A DNA stretch of 64,000 nucleotides from Lingula anatina (lineage: Eukaryota > Animalia > Brachiopoda), in assembly GCA_051362555.1 (NCBI GenBank), contig CM120649.1, positions 7,316,001-7,380,000 on the forward strand. Direction: 5' to 3'. The position numbers and the translations under genes were made by a program. Below the pieces are notes generated by a model, which made no database searches, was not told the DNA's origin, and saw only the letters and a program-made list of their open reading frames with translations. Positions 41,255 through 52,278 of the stretch are shown piece after piece. The stretch's first letter is position 1. Every line of letters starts with the position of its first letter.

Positions 41255-44200
41255 ATTACAGTTTGTTATAGTTGTCTAAAGTGTCATCTTCTTTGTGTAC
41301 ACTATGATGGAAAAGATTTTGTGTTCTGTTCGCATATTAAGTGTTATAAAACTGTATATCTTCTACGAAATAATAAAAACAAATACTATACTTCTACTAC
41401 CCCAAAATCACACCCACCCTCGGAACAGGAAACCCACACTGCACTCCCCCCCCCCCCCCCCCCCCCCTACATACACACACATAGACAGAGCAGAGTGTTA
41501 CACGTGTGCTATGTTGATACGCATTTGCACACCTGCGTATATTTTATCATCTTGGGTTTCTCTCTTACATTTATCTCGGAATTTAATGCCAGATGTACGT
41601 CCCCAATTGAAGACGTTTTGCAGAGTAGTTTTAACAAAGTCCACTCAAAAAAGCAAACAAACACACCACCTCTGTCGACTTTTCCTCAGTTTCGCCCATG
41701 AATACATCCCAATGTTGTAACAGAAGGTCTAATTATGAGAGTCACCCACAAGGTCAAACCGTATTGTGACAAACCGGTAACTTTTTTATTGACTTAGGCT
41801 CAAAATGTTTGCAATCATTTTCACCGCTGAAAAGGAGAATCTGGATCCATGACAAAGTTTATATAAGCAGTTTCGATTGATTGCTTCGACAAATACCTCA
41901 TCACTAAAAGCCATTATATCTTGCATAACCTTGCGTTCGGTTGAAAAAAATGAATGGGTTTGAAACTAGGCTAGAGTCACGTCTGGTGTATGGAGACGGG
42001 ATCCTATTACATAGAATTACCCTTATACAAACGCTGTCCTCTTTAACGACATGTAAAGTTAAAGCGTCTAAAGGAATTTATCACAGCCACCTGAGGGGCC
42101 GCGACTTTTCCCATTAAAAGAAAAACCCGACAAGCTTACACCAGTCAACACAAACACTTAAACGATTGTCAATTTAAAGCAAATTTGACGAGAAGATTTG
42201 TTGTTGAGGGTCGCAATCACTTTAAAAGCACACTCATAACTGTTAAAAAAAGAGAACGCGTCTTTCAGGCCATTGGCAAAATTTACTTAACAAGGCCCAA
42301 AGATGTGTCGTCTGATAGTGAATAATGTATAGATTTCTGTTTCGCTGTAGTATCACAAACTGACATTTCCGGTTTACATTGGGAACAAATGTAAGTTTAC
42401 ATACTAAATGATTGATAAGTTATCACCCTACAAGAAGTTGTCAAAGGCAATCATTACTCTTCCAATAAACATTAGCTAGATTTACACTAGGTCTAGCCAA
42501 GTCTTCCGGCAAATATCTAACCTCCAATATGTTGACACTTTCCCTTAATGAGCGATTAAATGAGAAAATACCGGTGACGGTTTTTAGGGGCTTGGCACAA
42601 TATGGTGTGCGAAAAGATGATGGGACCTCTATACTTGGGCTGTTGATTCAATCATAAATCTGGTAATTCCCGGACTGATCTTATCCAGGCATATAGCCGG
42701 GGGGGGGGGGGGGGGGGTTACTTTTTTTCTGATAAAGTGGACTGTTAACCCCTTAATTAGCCAAATTTGGGAAGGAGCCTAAAACTCTCAATCAAATTTT
42801 TATTGAGACCGGACCTTTCCTGGCCAAAAGAAGTGGTTCTTCCTTACCCCGAACCCCTCGAAACCCACCTCTTCCTACAGACTGATGAAACCCTCGTCAT
42901 TGCATCAGGGTCCTGTGGTTTAACAAGAGACGCAGGACTTCATGATAAATATCGCAGCCTAACGTGTACCAGTAAGACCCGATGAGTGAGAGACGGAGAA
43001 AGGAAAAGTCGTTATATGGGTGACTTAGGAAAGTCAAAATTTACACTTAATCGGTTTTCGATTGCCCGCTGATGACACAAGCATGTGTTGGTGACGAGAC
43101 GAAAAACTAATGTTTTTGAACGGGCGATTTAGAGCACGGCAACGGTAACGGGCGGTCATAAAACACCAACACTGGCAGAAGCGTTAACATGATCTTTCCA
43201 CCTTGTTGCTGTATACACGGCAATTAATGATGTGGTTAAAAAATGACAGGGAAATACTTAGGTGATGATTATCTGGAGCTGCGGTTTAAACTCCTGTCAG
43301 TTGTGGGAGTGACAATATAGCCCATTAAATTGGGAATTGACAAATGGACCACTTGATACGTGACAACTGATTTTTCGCCGTCGTTACTTCGATGTGGTCG
43401 TCCGATTTAAAGAAAATACTTCTTATTCTAATATCAGCAGTACTAAATGATAAAGGGGCATGGGTCTGAGCGCATCTATCCTTTATTCTTTTGTCTTCGA
43501 TTTCCGTTATGCAGTAATGAGGTGATAGCAAAATAGGATGTGTATCTCATGTTTCTTGTGCAGGAAAAATCGACTGAACCGAATCTATAATGACAACTCT
43601 CATACAAAGTCAAATACTGAATAAGTACACCCTCCCGCGCCCTCAAAATTTGCCCTTTCTCTTATCAGACCCAGACTTGGGTTATTTTGACTGGTAGAGC
43701 GATAGGGAAAAAGAGGACTACGCACAAAGCTATACATACAATGTAGAACGCATGCGAGATGCGTGAACCTCCCGCCCCCTATTGAATATAGTTACTTCTG
43801 TTGTATTACACAGGCTGAAAGAATTCACAGCGTTGCTTTATCAAATTAAATCCTCTTTGTGCGTGCCTTTCGACTTGTTGCCTTCTGTCGCTAATAGGTA
43901 AGCCTCGGCATGCCAAGAATCAGTTCGCTTACAAAATGAGTTATATTTTCACGGCAGTGAAAAGCTAAAGCGTTACTGTTGTTCTTACCAATTCACAGGT
44001 CAATCGTAGCGAAAATAAACATCAGTTTTTTCAACAATGTGGCAGGGATTTATCGACACAAAGGAATGAAATTTGGTAAATCACGAAGTCAACACACCCC
44101 CCTTGTCAACAATCTTAAGGTAAATGTATTAATTGTCCCCCCTAGTCAGCAACGTGTACATACGAAGTCAACAGAACGACAAAGAGCCTGGAGAAAGTGA

Positions 44201-44504
44201 AAACAAAAACAAATGTGTTAGGCTGCTAATTTATGAACATTGTTCGCATTGTTGGAATGACCAGAGTAGCGAACAATAACGGAGAATAACTTCATGTAAG
44301 GACCGGCTGATACCGTCTATACACGGATTAAATAAATACATTTCTTGAAAACAGTGTGTCAACTTAAACGATTAATTCTGGCCTCGGGGGACGTGGCTCC
44401 TTAACTCCCCTCGTTGAGCAGGCAAAATAACGGGGCCTGACACGGCTTTCAGCTGATTCTCTTGTTATCAAGCCGCGTACGTGATTTTACCAAACGGCCT
44501 CTAA

Positions 44505-44705
44505 TGATTGGCTAAGCCAGGCCGGTGCACGGTGACGTCGATTGGCATGGCGTCTAGGGGGAATTTCACTTCCGCCCGAGTAACTTGAAACAGCGGCCCT
44601 CTCCACAATAAATCAATCGGTTCCATCAGTAAACCCTGCGCCCACTAAAAATAACCTCGCTTACTAGCCTATAAAAAGGCCATCAGCTGAGAGGGAGCTT
44701 CATTC
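44505..44705 (+). promoter_or_regulatory. Pol II promoter of the VWA gene
   Basis: TATAAAA at 44670-44676 lies 32 nt upstream of the A of Inr-like TCATTC (44700-44705). Upstream are two inverted CCAAT boxes (ATTGG at 44507 and 44541), CRE-like TGACGTC at 44533, NF-kB-like GGGAATTTCA at 44559 and Ets-like CACTTCCG at 44567. Confidence 0.75.
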
Positions 44706-44970
44706 ATACTCACTCACGAGGTCCTCGAAGAACGAAGACGCAGTACTACTAGTACTACATACTTTAACGCGGTTGACTAGGTAGAGCTCCTCAACTTTAT
44801 ACACTAAAAGCAGATAAAGAAAAGCGAACGCCAAGGAAAACTTCTTTAGGATCGTTTTTAAAGTCAGTCGAGGAACTTCAGCATTGACTTGAAAGGCATA
44901 AGTAGATACTGATTTAACTGAAGTGGATTTTTTTGCCGTCCTGGTCGTTTTTACACGAACGAAAATCAAG
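44702..44970 (+). other. Predicted 5' UTR of the VWA gene (269 nt)
   Basis: Runs from the Inr to the start codon and contains no ATG. Confidence 0.65.
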
Positions 44971-45021
44971 ATGTACAGAATAGCCGAGGCCGTGGTCGTG
45001 GCACTTCTCTGTTGTTCAATG
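44971..45021 (+). CDS. VWA gene coding exon 1 (MYRIAEAVVVALLCCSM; most of the signal peptide)
   Basis: ATG in context tcaagATG, hydrophobic core, donor ATG|GTAAGT at 45022. It is the first ATG downstream of the TATA/Inr. Confidence 0.8.
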
Positions 45022-48000
45022 GTAAGTAGAATATTCCTTTTTTTACAATCGATAAGTCCTACTTGACTTAAAAATCTAGTGCTGTTTTCTTATAAACATT
45101 TCTTTCTTTACTTTATTTATTTACTTTGTAAAAGAGGTCTCAAGCTAAGCTGTTGCGTGACAGCGTTATCGACTTTGGAGAGTCGCCGTTGATTTGTTGT
45201 ACGTGACGTGCAGCGAAATGTGGAGAAAAAATCGACAAGAAAACAAACAAGTCATTTCACTTAAGAAAGTCAATTGGAACGCGCTGATGTAAATCGTGGA
45301 AAACCTAGTCATCTATCAAAGCACCCTGTCATCTCGAAGATTCTAGTTTGGTTTATTTTACATGTTTATTTTCCCCTGTTGGGTTACAAACTCAGATGGG
45401 TTATTTTCGTTACGCCAAATTGTTTTTAGTTGTTGCGGTAGCAAAAGTCACAGAAACAGCGATGGTAAAGAAAATATTCACGAGGATTGTAGCCAATAAA
45501 AACCGGGTTGCCGGCACGAGCGGTTAATTACGGGGGCGATGCACGTGTTTAAGTTAAAACGCTGCAAGGGGGATGCCAGAAGCTTACAGCGATTCTGTTA
45601 TGTCGTTGGAAATCGTTTTAATGCTAGAGGCGATTTTTTCCTTTGAAAGCAAAGTCGAAATAATTCTTTGAAATTGAGATGTGACGAATGTACTTTTTTG
45701 CCGAGCAGACGACAATTTAAGCTGGCGCGAAGCGGCGGCACTGACCCAGGGTTTAAGAGTCCATTTTCAAAGCCCGCGGCACTTTAAGTCGACTCATTCT
45801 GTTGAAAAGATAGATTTTCAATTAAATCCAACTATTTGACATCTATTTGAAATCCCCCGTCAGGTGGCGCTGGGGTACGGGGGTTCACGGCTGTTTGACC
45901 CTCAACGTGAAACTATGCGTTCCTTTCAGCACGGTAAACAAATCTATTTTTCGTCGGGTGACTGTTTTTGAAAAGCCTGAAAATGCCATAATTCCAGTCA
46001 GCAAGTCAAGCAAATAAAACAAGACGCCCCTCGATTGCCTATTTGAAACGTGTCTCAGGGTCTGGTCCGGGCCATGGTGCGGGACTGTTTTTCTTTAACC
46101 GTATCGCTACACTGTGATAGAAACCATAGAATAGTCCCCAACCGCAAAAATGATGCTCTGCCCTCCCCGATTGACTCCTCAGAGTTGAGCACTCGCTTCA
46201 CCTGCGTCCGTGCAAACAAAAGGAAATGGTCTTCTTCTGATCATTTTTACTACACCACTTAGCGATTAAAATTTTTCATTCTTGAAATACAGACGATCTC
46301 CCTTTCGCGCCGTAACCTGAACTGCCCTTTTTAATTCGATTGTATTCACGATGTTTCGCATAGTTCACTGGCACTGTCAGTCGCGGGGCTTTGTCAGCGC
46401 GAGCCTTCGGAATCTGCGGATCGTCCCAGCTACGGAGCGGATAAGCGTCACATTTGGTTTACTCAAATAATTCGTGTAAATGTCAAGTAAAGTGACAGGC
46501 AGAGTGTCACCTGAGCTGCTTAGATAAAAAACAAACCTTTGTAAGCGTCACATAATTAGTGCGTTTAGCGTCTCACCTTCCGTTCAAGGGCAACTTTGTA
46601 CAGAGTAGCGCACATGTGCTACCAAAGTATTGTCACCAAAGTATTGTCGAGCTTTTTTCTAGTGAATTTTTGGAAAAAGTTCGAAAAAGCCTCCGTTTGC
46701 ATCTAGTAAGAAATAGCTCTACAGGGCGATACCAGACGTCCAATTATCTTAGACAATTCCTGAAATTAAAGAAAATAAGCACGCCTACTGCTTCTTATCT
46801 TGATAAAGGTCTTTAAGGGGGGAATTTATTCCCCACTCGAAGCCCAATGGGGGATTTCACGGTTGTTTAATGAATAAAATGTCACTCAGATGAATTGCAA
46901 CCGGGTTCTCCACCTGGTTTTGATATGAGGTAATGCGTTCGATAACGCCGCATTTTCTTTTCTTCTTGTTTTACAAATGACCCCATGATTCAATCTATTT
47001 TGGCTTCCGCTCGCAGGAGGCCAAGAAATGAAATAATGAGATCCACGATTCCGCGGTTATCTTTTTTTATGGCCGTGAAGAAAAATTGGTGCTGGCGACA
47101 GATACGATGATGACTTCTTATTTAATGTTATTTGGAAAAACACCAAAGATAAGGAATAAAGGAATTCACTTTATTGTCTTTTGTGTTGTAATCGCGTAAT
47201 AGACTATTTACATTCTCGTTGTCTAGGCATATGCCTGATTTATTGGCCATTTTTGTTCGTCGTGGAAGGTTTTCATGTTTTTCATCTTGTTCAAATTTTT
47301 GTTCAAGTGTAGTTAATAAAATTGTTGAGACTGGCGGTCGAACATACTTGTTTTCCACTCGAAGGACAGCCTGTTGACAAAAAATATTTTATTGCAACTC
47401 TAATATGAAGAGACCGATTTGTTTTCTTGCGACGTCCCCGTCGTCTGCGACACTTACTTTCCCGCGATTCACATGCCGACACGGATCGTCTGGCAGCACG
47501 ATTTACCACGATTGTCGCTTGTAATGGAGTTATGGTATGAATCGACCGCCGAAAGACGCTATATTTGTAGACTCGTTTCTCATTTAGAGCAGATTACAAG
47601 ACTTAAGAACAAAGACAAAGTCTAAGACAAAATTGTTTCCCATTTTAAAATCCTTTAAAGGCGAAAAGTCGATTAAAATGTGATAAAGGCGTCACGGAGA
47701 CATGACTTCGAGGGCTTCACCTGCGCTGCGCGTGGCCTTTCTTCAATTAACACGAGCACCTGCGTTTTTTGGGTTAATTTGAAACAAACTTCATATTCCA
47801 GCGGTGTAAATGTTATTTGATTCACGGCGTGGAGGAATTCGGACAAGCTGCCAAGTAAAACAAATGCAGCATTCAGCCGCTGAGGGGTGCAACTGGTATG
47901 CATTATTAAAATGCAGTAACGGCAATTCGCATTTATTACGGTAATAAAAACAAAACCGGAAACCGATCACGACCAATTAAAGGGTCTTTCAAGATCTTAT

Positions 48001-51000
48001 TGAACACGGCAGTTTAGGAGTATCCGCCTAGAGAAGGGTCTTAATAAACGCGGATCTTTCACCTGAGGGACGTTTGTTATTTTTTTCACCATACCGCTGA
48101 ACAGGCGTCGGGGCGGAATCGCAAGCATGTGCCCTGTCGTCTGGAGTGTATGTGTAGAGCGAAAAGTGACAGGTATCGCCTGAAAAGATCGTCTGCCTGA
48201 CATGTTTGTCATCTTTGTCCTTCATAATGCGAGAGAAATTCCTCATTTCGTGGGAGCAATCCGATCATATTTGTTTGTACACGGACCGCGTGTTTTTTCG
48301 TCCCTGACCATAAACATTCCCTGCAGGACGCTAGCAGCACCGGTATTGGGGTCGAGTAGGGGGTAAACCGAGCCCCCTAACCTGGGCAGGGGGCTTACGT
48401 CACGTCGCATTCTTTCGCAGACGACGCTCTTCTTACAAGCCACGCGAGCTATATCGAGCTGAACTAGCAGGGTGTCGTGAAGAAATAAAAGACAGCTAAG
48501 AATCCCGGGCACTGCCCCTTTGTGCTTTTCACGTCTTTGACAAAAAGGGCCATACCACGCCAGTCCGGCGCTACCCTCAACCTCTGGCGCAGGCCCCAAG
48601 ACCTCCGCAAAGGCCTTGCAAAACGAGCTGATTATATAGAAAACTGATACCGTATATATGTATATTGAGACTCGGTTGTCCGCGTATACAAATACCAAGC
48701 TATTTCGAGATTTTCTGCATAGTTGAAATCTGATTATTTGTCTATTTACTCGATAGGTAATAATAGAAGTCAATTACGTTTAGTAAAGTAAAGTGAGAGT
48801 GGAGTGAATTATCAATTTGCTCTGGGTTAATTTGGGTTCTTTATTGCTCGCATCAGGAGTGATTCTTGTTTGAGTTGTTGCTATGTGTTTATAGTTGGAC
48901 ATGTTTTCCGCATTCTTGGGTAATTACAATCTTTCATTTTTACCTTTTTAGGTGAGCGGTTATTTCAGTGATTACGAATTTGAGACCAAGCCCCAGCCGA
49001 CCGGCCCGCCTAAAAGTAAGTGTTGAATTGCATTCCTAAATGGAAACACCCTCGGAAAATATGCATCGTGTTTCTTTATAATGTGTTCGACACTGAGCTA
49101 ATTATTCCGCGGTCCGGTGTGCGCGTCCCTTTCCAATTACGCTGAAAAGGCAAATGAGTAAGCTCATCTTAGAACCCCGCCTTCCTAATTTCAACTCACA
49201 CCTTTCTCCTAAAAATAGAAAAGTAGAAAAGAAAGGAAATTAGCCGTTGAAAAGAGAACACCGCAATTTTTTAAAATTTTATTCAGTCAGGTAATACTGT
49301 AAGCCGTGGTGGGAGGTTATGCTTGACTGTCGAAACCGCAATCTTGATAAGAGTAATTTTCTCACATTTTTTTTCATTTTGGCATGTCCCAAATTAGATA
49401 TGTGTACATTTCTACCATATGATTAGTTTACGCAACCGTCTATTTCTTCGCGTCTACTATTTTCCTTCAGTTTAAGCACCCGTTTTGAATTATATTTAAT
49501 TTAACTCCCTTCGAGGGGGTGGGGAGTAAAAGTATGTATAATAAGTAAATTGATCTGTGTTTCTGTGTTTTGTGTCACTCGACTTAAATAAGCAAGATAA
49601 ATTATTCTTCGTAGTAAAAAAAACGACTGTTATGCACAACGGAGAGAGTGGGAGAGAAAGAGAGAGAAAGAGAGAGGGCAACAAATGTTAAGCGGTCCTC
49701 TCTTGGCTCGTGGGGCGTCTTTAATGCGAGTATTATTCTCGTTATTTTTCCCCCCATATCCAAAGTGCGATCTCATTAAGTCACAAGTGCGCTGTTTTAT
49801 TGTGCTCGCAGTTATTGCATTCCGAATTAAATGATTCGGAGTAACTTTCAACAAGGGCATGCCACGGTGAAACGGAAATACTTTTTTCCTCTTTTGCTTT
49901 AAGTAACTACACGTACATCAGGGTGAATAACTCTCAATATGTTTTCCTCATTAGATTTTTTTGTCGTCCCGTGATTCTGGTTCACGTAAATTATTCGATT
50001 GCTAAATGTTTTGGAAGAGGCTTTGATTTTTTGGAAATTACACCTTAAACAGTTGACGATGTGTGTGTGAAATGCTGTTGTCGGTTGGTGAGGGAAACAA
50101 TTTATCATTTTTAACCGTTTGAAGTTTTTCCGTTTTGACTAGTCAAACGAAAACAAAGATTTCGCAATCTTTGCTAGCCTCGCAAATATAGCAATGGAAT
50201 CGTTCATATGGGCCAACTTAAAAGGAAGATTATTTTTACAAGAACCACTTGCTATAGAAATATTTATTTCGATTTCGACCAGTTTCTGGAAATGAAGAAA
50301 TGTGGAAATTTGTTGCATCACGTAATCTCAATGCCAAATGCAACAGGCATGAAATATACCGAGCGTGGTGGAAAATTGGGTCTAGTATTGATATATGTAG
50401 CACAATTTAAGTGTAAATTAATTCCATAGAAGTTCATTTTTTGTCACTGACTTGTGCATGTAGTGGGTCCAAAGAGCAAAGTGGCACCGATTTTGGAAAA
50501 TAAAGAAATCGCCTCAACTGACCGGTGGCTCGCCCGGTGACCGTTTGGTATAGTGAAAGGAACTGAAGCAGGAGGCATGTACAATACGTAACTGCTCGTG
50601 CCATTACAAAACAGAATCACCACTGGTACTGTTAAATTAGCGGCCTAAGAAAAACAACCAACAAAGAGCGCCTGGCTCACGATTGATGAACGCCCAATAA
50701 AAGCTGAAGGAAGCCCTGAGCTATTACGAAACATCGCGTGGCAGTTACGGGTAAACACGTGACACGAAAGATGAAAACAATTTTTTTTTACAAAGTTGGA
50801 CTGCAAAACGACCATCTTCTCTGGGCAGCGAGGGAGACTGATTTGATTGTAAATGACCTCTGAGCAGTGAATAAAGGGGGTGGTTATTCTAACAAGTTGT
50901 ACATGTACTGGGATATCCCATCCTGACATGAACGCGTATGCATAATACAAGTATATTTTATACATAGTGCGGTAGATACACATCGTGTAGGCCTACATGA

Positions 51001-52098
51001 AAGGGTAGTCGAGAGCACAGTCTACTGGATAGATCCCACAAAGAACACCGGTGGTTGAAAATCAGGCAGATACAGCTTTGGTGAAATACTGTAGTTCTTT
51101 TAATGTCTCTTGTGTACTGACTATAGGTTCAAAAATATCTCTTTAGAAATCTTCAGACAGGTCGCCTTTTATTTTCCGCCCGATGCACCCACCTCCATAG
51201 AAATCCGTCACGACAGCCCAATACAGCAGCCAACGTACGAGTATTACACTAACACGAGACTAGCATCCGTCACACGCACCTGGCCGAGTGGGAGACGCCA
51301 CTTGTGGTTAAGTGGTTGTTTCCCATCAACTGACCCCACTCGGGCCGTCGCTTGACCTCAGGTGACCAGTGCGTTCGTCTGAGGCCCCTCACCTGTGCCC
51401 CGAGACACTCTCCCTACCGCAGATTGTTTGACAGTTCTACTGAAATGTTGTTTCAGTAGCTAGCAATGCCAAATTAACAGTGTTCTCACTCTAGCTGAAG
51501 GGGTCACGGCTTAGTGGGAGATGTTTAAAAAATAATGCGCCCCATAAACCCTATTTCCAAACTCTCTTTAATAAACAGTATTGATAAGACCTTACATTAA
51601 GCAAAGAGCAAGTGACACGTTTGTAGATTTTTTAAGCTGTTTTCTAGATTAGCTCTTTACTGTGTTATCTTAAATCCCGTTTATTTTAACATTTTTTCTT
51701 TAAAATGTAATACGACACCAGATAAAACGATTAGCATTACTACAGTTTCGCAAGACCTGTAAATGGGTTGATAATGAGTTTAAGTTATAATACTGGCCGT
51801 GAGCGATGTTCATTGGAATTTGACATTAAAATCCGCTTACTGTTGAGGGGAACCGGTGCGCTGCAACTCACCGCGTGTGAAGAGTGCTTTATTCTAACGC
51901 CACATCTTGGACTGATACAGTAACGCCCACCTCTGCATCGCACATTGACTTTTTTTGTCCATGGTACAGTGCGGTCCAAATGTAACGCTACGACACGCGC
52001 ACCAGTGTTACCATTTGCTACTCATGTTAGAAACGTTTGGGCACAGTTTTGTATTTTTGTAGCTGTAAATTTGTCATATCTGATGCCCTAAAGATATT

Positions 52099-52131
<33 letters not shown>

Positions 52132-52135
52132 ACAT

Positions 52136-52178
<43 letters not shown>

Positions 52179-52182
52179 ACAT

Positions 52183-52225
<43 letters not shown>

Positions 52226-52229
52226 ACAT

Positions 52230-52278
<49 letters not shown>

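Noticed and set aside
41189-41720. Overlapping 170-aa and 141-aa ORFs
   Set aside because: The longer one starts inside a MITE TIR, and both cross a poly-C tract (poly-Pro). No family signature.
42079-42100. miR-2-like TATCACAGCCA, also miR-124-like TAAGGCACG (~62800) and miR-10-like TACCCTGTA (~6088)
   Set aside because: Only 9-11 nt match and there is no complementary hairpin arm.
47431-47452. HDV-like ribozyme core (ACG TCCCCGT CGT), with the same 12-mer at 11735
   Set aside because: No matching P1/P2 helices or P1.1 GG at either site. Shared 12-mers are expected by chance in 64 kb.
48243-48773. 176-aa antisense ORF in intron 1, sharing ILSCLLF with ORF 34403..34606
   Set aside because: No domain signature, and the underlying DNA similarity is weak. 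Treated as coincidence.
51281-51330. Pol III A-box TGGCCGAGTGG (tRNA/SINE), plus isolated B-box-like sites at ~6881 and ~60909 (-)
   Set aside because: No correctly spaced A+B box pair and no cloverleaf.
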